IMG/VR virus record: IMGVR_UViG_3300029861_000002
Reading direction: 5' to 3' (one strand)
Source of the DNA: a virus
Lineage: Duplodnaviria > Heunggongvirae > Uroviricota > Caudoviricetes
DNA length: 64,000 nucleotides
A model generated the notes under the pieces. That model was not told where the DNA came from, searched no databases, and worked only from the letters and a program-made list of their open reading frames with translations. Made by a program: the position numbers and the translations under genes. Below are positions 1 to 9,987 of the stretch, one piece after another (positions within the stretch are counted from its first letter, which is position 1; each line of letters opens with the position of its first letter).

Positions 1-2
1 AT

Positions 3-329
3 GAAACTCTTAATTCAATCTTAGAAGGGCTAACTGCTAATGGAATTAAGAGAACTTTATGTATAATGGGCGGCGAACCATTATGTCCAGAAAATACATT
101 TTTAACCCATCTAGTAATACAAACCGCAAAGGAGACAATTCCTGATTTGAAGGTTTATCTATGGACTGGATACTTGTATGAAGATTTAAGAAAAACAACA
201 GATACAGTTATTTAGAATATACTTCAATTAACTGATGTGCTAATTGATGGGCCATATATTGAAAATGAAAGAGATATTACAGAGCCTCTAAGGGGTAGTC
301 GTAATTAGAAGATAATCTACCTAAAATGA
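3..329 (+). CDS. nrdG: Anaerobic ribonucleotide reductase activating protein (5'-truncated by window edge)
   Basis: Frame from 3 reads ...CIMGGEPLCPEN...VYLWTGY...DVLIDGPYIE...LRGSRN(TAG)KIIYLK-TGA. The TAG at 306-308 is at the conserved Q of the NrdG RGSxNQ motif. Confidence 0.9.
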
Positions 330-868
330 TTTTCGTAAAAAGTATTTTTGGAGGAATAATGATAGCAATAGCAAGCTATATCTATTTGTCTGTTGGTGGT
401 ATAGTTGGAGCTATTATGTTTTCCATTGGTTTATTAACCATACTAAATATGTAGTTTAAGTTGTTTACTGGTTCAGTTGGTTATATCAAGAGCAAAAATG
501 ATATAAAAGACAATCTTATTATTTTATCAGGAAATATCATTGGAGCGTGCGGGATTTTAGCTTTTCCGCACGCAGCAGCTCTATCTTTGGTCTCTGCTAA
601 GATTGCAGTTCCGCTATATCTAGTTTTCCTAAAAGGAATTGTTTGTGGTATATTTATATATTCGGCAGTATCTTCATTTAAGAGAAATAAAGATTATATG
701 GTGCCAGTTTGTGTAACAGGCTTTATATTATTCGGTGGAGAACATTGCATTGCCGATCTTTGTTATGCCTTGGCCGCTGGTGTGCTTTCTATTGATATAA
801 TATTATTTCTAATAGTAGTTACATTGGGTAATTCTATAGGAGCAATAATTGTTGACAGAATACAATAA
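326..868 (+). CDS. Formate/nitrite transporter (FNT)-family membrane protein, short form
   Basis: ATG overlaps the nrdG stop (ATGA). With one TAG=Q it reads GAIMFSIGLLTILNMQFKLFTG...GNIIGA...GEHCIAD...VTLGNSIGA, typical FNT motifs. Confidence 0.8.
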
Positions 869-880
869 TTATGATATTAT
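852..880 (+). promoter_or_regulatory. SigA-type promoter (extended -10)
   Basis: TTGACA(852-857)-17 bp-TATTAT(875-880) with TG upstream of the -10; followed by AAGGAGG RBS. Confidence 0.75.
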
Positions 881-904
881 ATTAAAAGAAAAGGAGGGCT
901 AGAT

Positions 905-1249
905 ATGACTTTATATGAGTTAAATCAAGCTGGATATGCTTCTCTTCCAAAAATGACAAAAGCCGAGCTAGATACGGCTAAAGAAGATATTATCACATTT
1001 TTAAAATCTCACAACTCACAATATTACATGATGCTTAATCATGATAATAAATACTTCACTTTATTTGTTTATGAAAATAATATAGACGTAGAAAAAATGG
1101 CACGTGAGATTATCTCAGTCTCCAAGTCTCTTGGAGAAATTAAATCAATAGAAGTAAATGGAGATATTATAGAAATTTGGATTCTATATGAAGGCAAATG
1201 TGATATGTACGCATTTTTCGACTATGCAAAAGGGGTGATACAAGTATGA
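905..1249 (+). CDS. Hypothetical phage protein
   Basis: Intact ORF, strong RBS, coupled to next gene. Confidence 0.75.
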   Translation: MTLYELNQAGYASLPKMTKAELDTAKEDIITFLKSHNSQYYMMLNHDNKYFTLFVYENNIDVEKMAREIISVSKSLGEIKSIEVNGDIIEIWILYEGKCDMYAFFDYAKGVIQV

Positions 1250-1512
1250 CAAATAGCATTATTGTTAATTATGATCCATTCGCGATGGAATCTACTGTAT
1301 ATATCCTAGAAGATGGATTGCAAAAACAAATGAAAGTATGCTCTGATATTAACGGCCTGGCGGAAACTCTGGTTGGACTTTCTTACGGAAACAATATATA
1401 TAGCATACTAATTCATGCCCCTCTTGCAATTACAGGGGAAATAAAGAATTTTGTGCGAGATTTAGAAGCAAGTATGTATTCAAATAATAAAATTACAGTT
1501 GAGGGAATTTAA
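1246..1512 (+). CDS. Hypothetical phage protein
   Basis: Intact ORF, ATGA overlap with previous gene. Confidence 0.7.
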   Translation: MTNSIIVNYDPFAMESTVYILEDGLQKQMKVCSDINGLAETLVGLSYGNNIYSILIHAPLAITGEIKNFVRDLEASMYSNNKITVEGI

Positions 1513-1513
1513 T

Positions 1514-1756
1514 ATGGTTTATAATTTAAAGTCTACAAATACTTATAGAGTGCCAACCGTAGAAGATGCACTTAGACTGCGGAAATGGCTAGAAAAGACG
1601 GCAGTAGGAGAGTTAACCTCATTTAAATATGCTACTAAGTATATTAAGCAAAAGGGAGAAATAATTGAGGAGTATCAACTCGTTACTGCTACAATGACTA
1701 TCGACAATGAAAAAGAACCAGAAGGCGTTATGCCAATTACTATTACGGAGGAATAA
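1514..1756 (+). CDS. Hypothetical phage protein
   Basis: ORF (MVYNLKS...) after GAGGG RBS; start inferred. Confidence 0.65.
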   Translation: MVYNLKSTNTYRVPTVEDALRLRKWLEKTAVGELTSFKYATKYIKQKGEIIEEYQLVTATMTIDNEKEPEGVMPITITEE

Positions 1757-1757
1757 T

Positions 1758-2324
1758 ATGAGCGTATATTTCGAGAAAGTAAGTCGTTTTAATGACATTG
1801 ATCTACCTATACCAACTCGCGCAACCGCAAATTCCGCAGGCTATGATTTTGTAGTTGCAGAAGATGTCGTTCTTCCTCCAATGAATTTTTTAACTTCTAA
1901 GATTCAAGATCATGTTTTTGAAAAAAATGCTGACAAGGATTTTTATGGGTTCGTAGACCCATTTACTCTTGATGATATGGCTAATCTTACTAAAGAATTA
2001 AAATCCAAGATTACGCTAGTATCAACAGGAATGAAATGTCATTTAAATCCTGGGCAGTATTTAGAATTAAGCGTCCGCAGTTCTACTCCTCTTAAACACT
2101 GGATTATTTGCGGGAATAGCGTAGGTATTATTGATGCTGACTATTGCGATAATCCCGATAATGAAGGAGAGATTTTCTTTCAACTCGTTAATCTATCTCC
2201 TTTTGCTATCCAACTGAAGCGAGGAGATAAGATTGGTCAAGGTATTATTAAAAGCTATGGGATTACAGATAATGATGCTGCGACTGGAGAAAGACTTGGC
2301 GGATTTGGAAGCACTTCTAAATAA
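1758..2324 (+). CDS. dut: Trimeric dUTPase
   Basis: Motifs SAGYDF, RSS, GIIDADY, GDKIGQG, RLGGFGST. Confidence 0.95.
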   Translation: MSVYFEKVSRFNDIDLPIPTRATANSAGYDFVVAEDVVLPPMNFLTSKIQDHVFEKNADKDFYGFVDPFTLDDMANLTKELKSKITLVSTGMKCHLNPGQYLELSVRSSTPLKHWIICGNSVGIIDADYCDNPDNEGEIFFQLVNLSPFAIQLKRGDKIGQGIIKSYGITDNDAATGERLGGFGSTSK

Positions 2325-2336
2325 TTCTCCAACTTT

Positions 2337-2376
2337 GGTCAAAATTTATTAGTAATCCTCCTTATATTTTTATATT
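2337..2376 (+). promoter_or_regulatory. Putative phage late promoter motif, copy 1
   Basis: GGTCAA-N25-TTTTATATT; same spacing as 7 other intergenic copies. Confidence 0.65.
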
Positions 2377-2397
2377 AAATATAAGGAGGATTTTTTT

Positions 2398-3063
2398 ATG
2401 AAAAAATATAAAGTTTATTTATTTATTTTCCCCAATGGAAAATTTTATTGTGGATATACATCCTAGACCCTTTAGCGTAGATGGGATAATGGAAATGGAT
2501 ATAAAAAATGTCCATTGGTATATAAAGCTATTTAGAAGTATGGATGGGATAATATAACTAAAAAATTAATATTTGATTCCGATATTTAGGAAGAGGCTTT
2601 AAACAAAGAAAGATAGGTAATCAAAGAATTAAATTTAACTAATCCAAATTATGGATATAACTTAGATGAAGGCGGTAGACCGCATGGAGGTTCTAATTTT
2701 TTAACCGAAGAAGGAAGAAAAAAAATTTCTGAAGCAGGGAAAAAGAAATGGCAAAATCCAGAATTTAGATAGTATATGAGTGAGATATCTAGAAAAAGAA
2801 TGTTAGGAACTCATTTATCAAAAGAAACAATAAATAAAATTCAAGAAACAAGAAAGATCAATGGAGTAAAAATGCCATCGAATGCTAAAATAGTGCAATA
2901 GTTAGATCCATTAACAGAAATAGTGATAAAAGAATTTCCATCTGGAGGCGCTGCCGCAAGAGAAGTAATGGGAGAAACAAAAGGTGGAGCAAATATTTTA
3001 GCGGTATGTCGGGGGAAAAGAAAAAGTGCATATGGATATAAATGGAGGTTTAAGCATGAATAA
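2398..3063 (+). CDS. GIY-YIG homing endonuclease with C-terminal NUMOD-like DNA-binding domain
   Basis: With TAG=Q: MKKYKVYLFIFPNGKFYCGYTSQTLQRRW...AIQKYGWDN...NPNYGYN...AVCRGKRKSAYGYKWRF. Absent from the ORF track because of multiple TAGs. Confidence 0.85.
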
Positions 3064-3538
3064 AAGATTATTAGCTCTCGATTAGAGTTCAAAGACCACG
3101 GGTTACGCGGTCTTTGAAGATAATAAGTTAAAAACATTTGGTAAATTTGTTGTCGAAGATAGTAATATAGATACTAGATTAGTAAAGATAAGACAAAAGA
3201 TAAAAGATCTTATTATCTAGTTTAATATAGATGAAGTCGTTTTTGAAGATATACAATAGCAAAATAATGTATCTAATAATGTATAGACCTTTAAAATTTT
3301 AGCGGAGGTCTATGGAGTTATTTCCGAATTATTAGAAGAAGAGAAAATACCTCATTCAACGATTTTATCTACTTCATGGAAATCTCTTCTTGGGATAAAG
3401 GGTCGCACTAGACCAGAATAGAAAAAAAATGCCCAGGATTATGTGTTAAATAACTATGGTACAAAACCAACTCAAGATGAAAGTGATGCGGTTTGTATCG
3501 GCCTTGCGCATATAAAATAGAATTAGTGCGCTTGGTAA
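3056..3538 (+). CDS. RuvC-like Holliday junction resolvase
   Basis: With TAG=Q: MNKRLLALDQSSKTTGYAVF...VVFEDIQ...WKS...QDESDAVCIG; acidic catalytic residues in RuvC order. Confidence 0.85.
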
Positions 3539-3540
3539 TT

Positions 3541-3580
3541 GGTCCAAATAAAAAAATCCTCCTTTCTTAACTTTAAAATA
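3541..3580 (+). promoter_or_regulatory. Putative phage late promoter motif, copy 2
   Basis: GGTCCA-N25-TTTAAAATA. Confidence 0.6.
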
Positions 3581-3608
3581 CTTTGAGAAGTTAAGAAAGG
3601 AGGATTTT

Positions 3609-4040
3609 ATGTTTACATTTATAGCAGAACATATAGTAGAAATTCTGTTTGGTCTAATTTCCGCAGGTGTTTTGGCTTTTTGTAGATATTTATATAAACA
3701 ATTAATAGCTTACAAAAAGATGTTACAAGAGAAAGAGAATGATGATATAGCTGAATTGATTGACGAAAAGTTGAAACCTGTAGTAGAAGATATTGAAGAA
3801 CTTCGAAGATATATACAGGGGATTGAAAACAAAGAAAATCAAGACTTGACCTTAATTATAGCTTCGTATAGATTTCGACTTGTTCAACTGTGTAAAATAT
3901 ATATCAAACAAGGATATATGACGCAAGATCAATATGACCAGTTAACAGAATTTTATAAACTCTATGCCTCTCTTGGCGGAAACGGTTAGGCGAAAGAATA
4001 TTACGAAAAAGCGATTGAGTTAGAAATTAAATCTGTATAA
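3609..4040 (+). CDS. Phage membrane protein (N-terminal TM plus coiled coil; holin-like, YxxLGGNG type)
   Basis: One TM helix, then ...YKLYASLGGNG(TAG=Q)AKEYYEKAIELEIKSV-TAA. Confidence 0.65.
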
Positions 4041-4041
4041 T

Positions 4042-4078
4042 AAAAAAAAATGGGGAACTCTTAATTGAGTTCCCCATC
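4042..4078. terminator. Intrinsic terminator between convergent genes
   Basis: ATGGGGAACTC-ttaatt-GAGTTCCCCAT stem next to an A-tract. Confidence 0.7.
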
Positions 4079-4387
4079 CTTCTTTAAACGATTGAAAATT
4101 GAGTTAGTCATATTTATTATCTCTTGACCATAAGTTGCTATCAAATCTGCTAGCAATTCCTCTTGTTCAAATGATAATTCTATCCCATAACTAAACATTG
4201 CAGCGTGTGTTAATTCATGACATAAAACTTTTTTCATCATCGTTGAAGATAATTCTTCATTGATATAAATACCTTTAGTTTTGCTATCGCAAGCTCCTAT
4301 TGTTAATTGACCATCACTTCTAATTAACATAGGATGAATAGGAGAAGTTAAGAATAATTTCCATTCTTCTCCATTTATATTAAGCAT
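4061..4387 (-). CDS. HExxH metallopeptidase-like protein (ImmA/IrrE-like)
   Basis: VLCHELTHA followed by EQEE. Confidence 0.7.
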   Translation of the reverse strand: MLNINGEEWKLFLTSPIHPMLIRSDGQLTIGACDSKTKGIYINEELSSTMMKKVLCHELTHAAMFSYGIELSFEQEELLADLIATYGQEIINMTNSIFNRLKKDGELN

Positions 4388-4982
4388 GGTTTAAAGAAGA
4401 TATTTTTGTAGCAAGAGCAGAGATCTTTTTCTCTAGGAGCTGTCTTTCTTCTGGACTTGCATCATCAATCATTTCTACTAAATCCTCACTTAATTCTTTC
4501 ATATATTTGTCCAATTCTCTAATTTTAGTATCCTTGTCTTTATGCAATTCTTTTGATTCCATATACATACGACGAGTAATTGGACTGCGGCCTTCGCGAG
4601 AATCTCTTAGTTCCATGGGATATTCTCTTTCGTTGTAATAGATTGGTTTTTCTCCATATCCTTTACGACTACCTGACATATCCTCCATGTATCTGCCTTG
4701 AGAATCTCTAGAGCGAGGATAATACATTCTGCCCCAATCGTCTCTATCCATATCTCTATCTGGAAGATAATATGGTGGCATCATTGGGATGTAATATTTC
4801 TTATGTTCTTCATCTTTCTCTTCCATTGCTTTTACAATAGAACAGTAATACATTGCCTGCTCTAGATCTTTTATCATATCAATAGCTTCGCCTAATTCAT
4901 GAGTGTCTACATTATGAATATCACTTAGCTATGATTGAACACACCCAATAAGAGTTTCTTTCATATGTTTAAGTCTTTCCAT
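4380..4982 (-). CDS. Hypothetical protein (Tyr/Arg-rich)
   Basis: Extended to ATG 4982 through one TAG; coupled to neighbours. Confidence 0.7.
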
Positions 4983-4984
4983 AA

Positions 4985-5407
4985 TTAAGCCACCCTTTCA
5001 ATAATTAAATTTGCATTTTGGACGTCAATAGTCTGAGTAGAAACATTTTTTACTGCAATTTCAAAGCAACATCCTCTTGGCACATCAATAAATATAGAAC
5101 TTGCTACATTATTATAATCTCCTACTGCCGCTGGAGTAGAAATCATAGTAGTAGAAGCTACCCCTTCTCCATTGATAGCAATAGCTAAAGAAATTGGGCC
5201 TGCTGTTCCACCCGCGGCGATTGCAATATTACCGCTAAAATGAGCTTTATATCTAGCTCTACATTGAGTAGATGTATTACCTTTTAGTGTTACTAGTCCA
5301 CTTCCAACACGATGTAGTAGGCTGTTGGAACAGCCTACTACCGCATCGGTAAAAAGGACATTTTGATTAGCTTGTACTGTTTGTACGGCATTCGCAATAA
5401 TTTCCAT
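4985..5407 (-). CDS. Beta-sandwich protein, possibly BclA C-terminal/C1q-like
   Basis: Intact beta-rich 140-aa ORF; fold call is by resemblance only. Confidence 0.55.
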   Translation of the reverse strand: MEIIANAVQTVQANQNVLFTDAVVGCSNSLLHRVGSGLVTLKGNTSTQCRARYKAHFSGNIAIAAGGTAGPISLAIAINGEGVASTTMISTPAAVGDYNNVASSIFIDVPRGCCFEIAVKNVSTQTIDVQNANLIIERVA

Positions 5408-5435
5408 TGAACCAAATCTCTCCTTTTAATTTAAA

Positions 5436-6341
5436 TCAACATCCGCAACTATTCATGCTATAGCAACAGTTGGGGTTTGGTACTACATAAGCGGGAATTG
5501 GATTATCACGTCCTAATCTACGGATAAGTTCCGCAGTTTGAGCTTCCTGGTTAGCTGTAATAAAGTTATTTTGAGCCTGTTGAGAAGCAGCAAGACGAAG
5601 AGCCTGATTCTCGTTTTGCAAGTCAGAGATTTTCTCCTGGCAGAGATAATCAAGAATTGCACGAGTTCCAGCGTTTTGACTGTCAATAATATCACGGGTA
5701 TTATTGGCCATAGAGGTCTGAAGTGCATTAGTATTAGTCGCTAGATTGTAGTTGACGTCGGCAAAACCTCTCTCAATCTGACGACCAGTCTCGCAGCAGC
5801 AATCCGCAATTTGACGAGAAATAGCATTTTGATTTGTGAGATTATCGAAACTTGCTTGCTGAATTGCGGATTTTGTATCACAGCAACAGTTAGAGAGCTG
5901 TGTAGCCAAAGCATTTTGGCCCTGCATTAAAGCTATATTAGTGCTATTAAATCCTTGCTGTGTCTAATATCCGAGATTACATACTGCATTATCAACTCCA
6001 TGGAATCCATTAGTTAAAGCATTATTCAGAGCATAAGTGCTGTCACAGATTCCCTGTTGAATAGCATTAATACCAGACTGGAGATTTTGGAAAGCAAAAC
6101 CTTCATTAATGTCTGCGCGAGTTGCCCAACCTTGGCCAGAAGGAGAGCCTAGACCATTGCTATTAGCTCCGTATCCACCAAAGCCTCCGAAACCGTTTCC
6201 CCATCCAGAGAAGCAGAATAGGAAGAGAATTATAATCCACCAAGCTCCTCCGTCGTTCCAAATTCCGCCATTGTTACGATCATTGCCACCTGTAGCAGCG
6301 GCAATATCAGCTAAAGAGTATCCATTGTTAGAATTGAACAT
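5436..6341 (-). CDS. Gly-rich TM plus Cys-cluster coiled-coil protein (301 aa)
   Basis: Track ORFs 5964-6341 and 5436-5927 are in frame and joined by TAG=Q; WWIIILFLF, CCCDT and CCCET motifs. Confidence 0.8.
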
Positions 6342-6366
6342 TTAAGTTCCTCCTTTAAGAAAATTA

Positions 6367-6600
6367 TTAAAGGCCGAGCATTTTCTTAAAGTCAGCAAAC
6401 TCCTTGTCATAATTTAATCCTCTTTGGGATAAAAGATTTCTAGCTATTTGTTCAATCTCTTCGGTTTTATTCTATTTGGCAAGATCTAACAAATTAGCTC
6501 CAAACGGATTATTCCCCATCTAACTTTCTAATATATTTAGAGTTAGCTATTGAGGATTCTATCCATTCCTAATCATTTGAATTAACTACATTGGATTCAT
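6367..6600 (-). CDS. Hypothetical protein (MNPMQLIQM...)
   Basis: 77 aa with several TAG=Q; AAGGAG RBS. Confidence 0.7.
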
Positions 6601-6612
6601 TTCATCGGCTCC

Positions 6613-7038
6613 TTAAAAATCTAATTTTGGCTTTGATTCCTGCTATTGCGCTGTAGGCTATTTATTTGCCTATGGTGCAATTTTTTCTTTTAATTGAGCA
6701 AGTACGGTTTCAAATTCTTCTCTAGTAACAAACTAAGAAGGATTGACAACTGTTTCAATCGGAATATTTTTTAATTCATAAACATTAAGTGTTGAAGTTC
6801 CATCTAAATTTATCTATTTTGTATATATTTTTTTATTAGCTAAATCAGGAAAGAAAAATACAGAACCATCAAAGTCAATGCTAGTCGCCTTTACTTCTTC
6901 TATTGAAGAAACTGGGCGACCTTTAATTCCAATCTAGGGCTATTCCACATAAGGCATTCTTTGTTGCGGAGCATAAGGGATTGCCGCATACTAAGGCTGC
7001 TATTGTTGTGGTATATAGTATGGATAATTAACTGCCAT
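6613..7038 (-). CDS. Hypothetical Gln/Pro-rich protein
   Basis: MAVNYPYYIPQQQQPQY...KGRPVSSIEEVKATSIDFDGS...; TAG is interspersed with CAA/CAG in Q-runs. Confidence 0.75.
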
Positions 7039-7079
7039 AGTTTTACCTCCTTTAAAATATTCCCTTGGCCTTTCATTAT

Positions 7080-7119
7080 TATATAAAATTTTGGCAAAGA
7101 TAATTTTACTATTTTGCCA
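7080..7119 (-). promoter_or_regulatory. Putative phage late promoter motif, copy 3
   Basis: TGGCAA-N25-TTTTATATA on the minus strand, upstream of the six-gene module. Confidence 0.6.
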
Positions 7120-7174
7120 AAATTTTTGCCAATTTTAGTATAAAAATATAATGGGGCATAGTAACCCCATTATA

Positions 7175-7564
7175 TCATGATGCTCTATTTTCATTAACCG
7201 CGGCTTCAATGAGATTAGTTAGGTAAGTATTTAAGTCGCCAGTTGTCTCAATAATATATTGTTTTGCATCAGATGATAAGATCTCTAATACAGATTCCAT
7301 AGTCTTATCAAATGCAATTTTTTGAGCCTCAGCATCAAAAGCACCTTGTTCTTTTAAGCTATTAACATAAGTCTGATTTGTAGCTATTACACATTTAGTA
7401 ATAGTATCAAATATCATAGTGGTGTATTTCTAAGCTGTTTCATTCTCTGTCTTAGAATTTAACTCATCTCGTTTAGCAGAGAGGAAATCTACGAGATATT
7501 TTGTTAAAATACCAAGCAGAGGAAGAATACAAAGCTAGAATATTTGAATAACAATTTCAGGCAT
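7175..7564 (-). CDS. Putative holin-like membrane protein
   Basis: With TAG=Q: N-terminal hydrophobic helix (IFQLCILPLLGIL), C-terminal ...LIEAAVNE reminiscent of LL-H-type holins. Confidence 0.55.
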
Positions 7565-7585
7565 ATTAATTCCTCCTTTATATTA

Positions 7586-7615
7586 TATATAAAACAATAG
7601 GAAGATAATTTAACT

Positions 7616-7625
<10 letters not shown>
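7586..7625 (-). promoter_or_regulatory. Putative phage late promoter motif, copy 4
   Basis: GGTCAA-N25-TTTTATATA on the minus strand. Confidence 0.65.
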
Positions 7626-8323
<698 letters not shown>

Positions 8324-8357
8324 TTATATAAAATTTTATTATATAATATATATAAGA

Positions 8358-8606
8358 TTACCAAGGATAATCTCTAGCAATCAAAACATCGCCTTCTGGC
8401 ATTATAAATTTATATCTACCATCTGAATAAACATCATCAATAGAGCTTCCATCTTTTATTAAATACACATTATCTGATATTCCTGCACTCATAGGACTGC
8501 TGTAAACAATTTCTCCAGGGGTTGCTCTTACTGGATAGCCATATTGAAGGCTTGTTTTATCTATTATTGAATACTTTTCCGTCTGAAAAGTTTGGTTAAT
8601 AATCAT
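8358..8606 (-). CDS. Small tail-fibre-associated beta protein
   Basis: Ends ...YKFIMPEGDVLI (FxMP-type beta repeat); coupled to upstream gene by ATGA. Confidence 0.55.
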   Translation of the reverse strand: MIINQTFQTEKYSIIDKTSLQYGYPVRATPGEIVYSSPMSAGISDNVYLIKDGSSIDDVYSDGRYKFIMPEGDVLIARDYPW

Positions 8607-9001
8607 GTTCGCACCTCCTACAAAATTATATATATCTATATATCATTTTCTGGAATTTTTTGGGCTTTAAAAGTTAAACTATTTTCTTGTTGATTTATAC
8701 ACTAAATGCCTGAATTATTATATATATCTATATCTTTTATTGTTGGAGTTGGACAAATTATCTATTTGCCCTCGTCGCTCAATACTCCAATTATATTTAC
8801 TGTTTGAGTATTATTAGACCAAGCTGATGAATATAAAGTTATCAATTTAATAATAGGTTTAAGTGCAGAATTTGCCAATATAGTATTGAACTCCTTTTCA
8901 GTTCCAGTAAACCCTCCTTCTTTAGCTGTTTCATAAGCAGATTTGCCGTTTAATCCAGGCTACCCTATTCCAGCAACCTTTTTCCCATTTATTTTTATCA
9001 T
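8603..9001 (-). CDS. Tail fibre adaptor-like protein
   Basis: With TAG=Q: GLNGKSAYETAKEGGFTGTEKEF motif typical of phage tail proteins, then a W...TQT...LTF...P..DI beta domain. Confidence 0.7.
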
Positions 9002-9023
9002 AGTATAATGTTACCTCCTAAAT

Positions 9024-9662
9024 TTAATTAATGTTACCTCCAGTAGAAGTAATTGTAGCGGGACCAATAATTTTGTATGCTATAACTTGATAATTATTAT
9101 TTATTAATATAGCTCCCAAACTTTCATATGCAGACTGAGGAGTAATTTTAAGTCCTGAAGAAGAACCGGCATTTATAGTTATAATACTATTTTTTATTAC
9201 TTTATAATTATTTTTCTACACTACCCATACTGGCATTGGTGCATTTTCATATTCTATTATTGCCGTACATCCACTTATACCACTCAATGATTCAAATATA
9301 ATATCCACCGTTTCTATAGGGGTTTCTGTTGTAATCTATCCTATCTTATCTGCCATAGTTGAAAAACTATCGGTCGCCGCAGTTTCTACTCCTTTGTCAG
9401 TGACTGCGGTCGCTATTAGGGTTTTGCCCTCACTGACATCGGTAAAAAGCTCATCAATAGCAGATTGAACATTAGTGGCTTTCATGCTTGAAGTTTCATT
9501 GTTGTACTCTATTGATGATGCAGTAAGATTTTCATTATCTTCTTCATCAAATTCAATAGTATAAGGCCCTAACCCTAATGTTTCTCCCATTTCCGCGCTA
9601 CCGCCTCCTGGCACAGTAATAGCATTTTGGTTTTTAACCTATCCAGTTAAAATACATTCCAT
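9024..9662 (-). CDS. Putative tail fibre/receptor-binding protein A
   Basis: With TAG=Q: MECILTGQ...ATNVQSAIDELFTDVSEGKTLIATAVTDKGV...SFSTMADKIGQI, a fibre stem motif, then a beta-rich tip. Confidence 0.7.
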
Positions 9663-9693
9663 AGATATTTTCTCCTTTCATCTAAAACCTTTA

Positions 9694-9707
9694 AAAAAGT
9701 ACACTTT
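9694..9707. repeat. Left inverted repeat / candidate recombinase site (AAAGT-AC-ACTTT)
   Basis: AAAAAGTACACTTT is the exact reverse complement of 9855-9868; palindromic arms around an asymmetric 2-bp core. Confidence 0.65.
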
Positions 9708-9716
9708 ACTGAACTT

Positions 9717-9756
9717 GGTCAACTATATATAATTTATCTACTCTTTCTTTCATATA
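9717..9756 (+). promoter_or_regulatory. Putative phage late promoter motif, copy 6 (inside candidate invertible segment)
   Basis: GGTCAA-N25-TTTCATATA. Confidence 0.65.
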
Positions 9757-9783
9757 TATTTGAAAAGAGTAAGATACTCACTT

Positions 9784-9820
9784 TTGGGAAAAGGGTTTCT
9801 TACCCTTTTCCCAATTTTTT
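9784..9820 (+). terminator. Terminator/attenuator-like hairpin inside the candidate invertible segment
   Basis: TTGGGAAAAGGG-7 nt-CCCTTTTCCCAA followed by T6. Confidence 0.6.
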
Positions 9821-9854
9821 GTTATCTAGACAGAAGAAGTATTTTTCCTGTTAA

Positions 9855-9868
9855 AAAGTGTACTTTTT
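9855..9868. repeat. Right inverted repeat / candidate recombinase site (AAAGT-GT-ACTTT)
   Basis: AAAGTGTACTTTTT; the GT core is the reverse complement of the left AC core. Confidence 0.65.
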
Positions 9869-9987
9869 CTCGGAAATTGTTAATGACTTTCTAAAAGACT
9901 GGAGCGAAGATCGCTTCCATCCTCGACCTTCTATCTAGTAATTTAGATTTGTTTATAGCAATAGCTAGATAGAAGGAGGTAAACAAT

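Noticed and set aside
8358..9662. Second DGR variable repeat in the left fibre module
   Set aside because: No TR-like sequence seen here or elsewhere in the window by eye.
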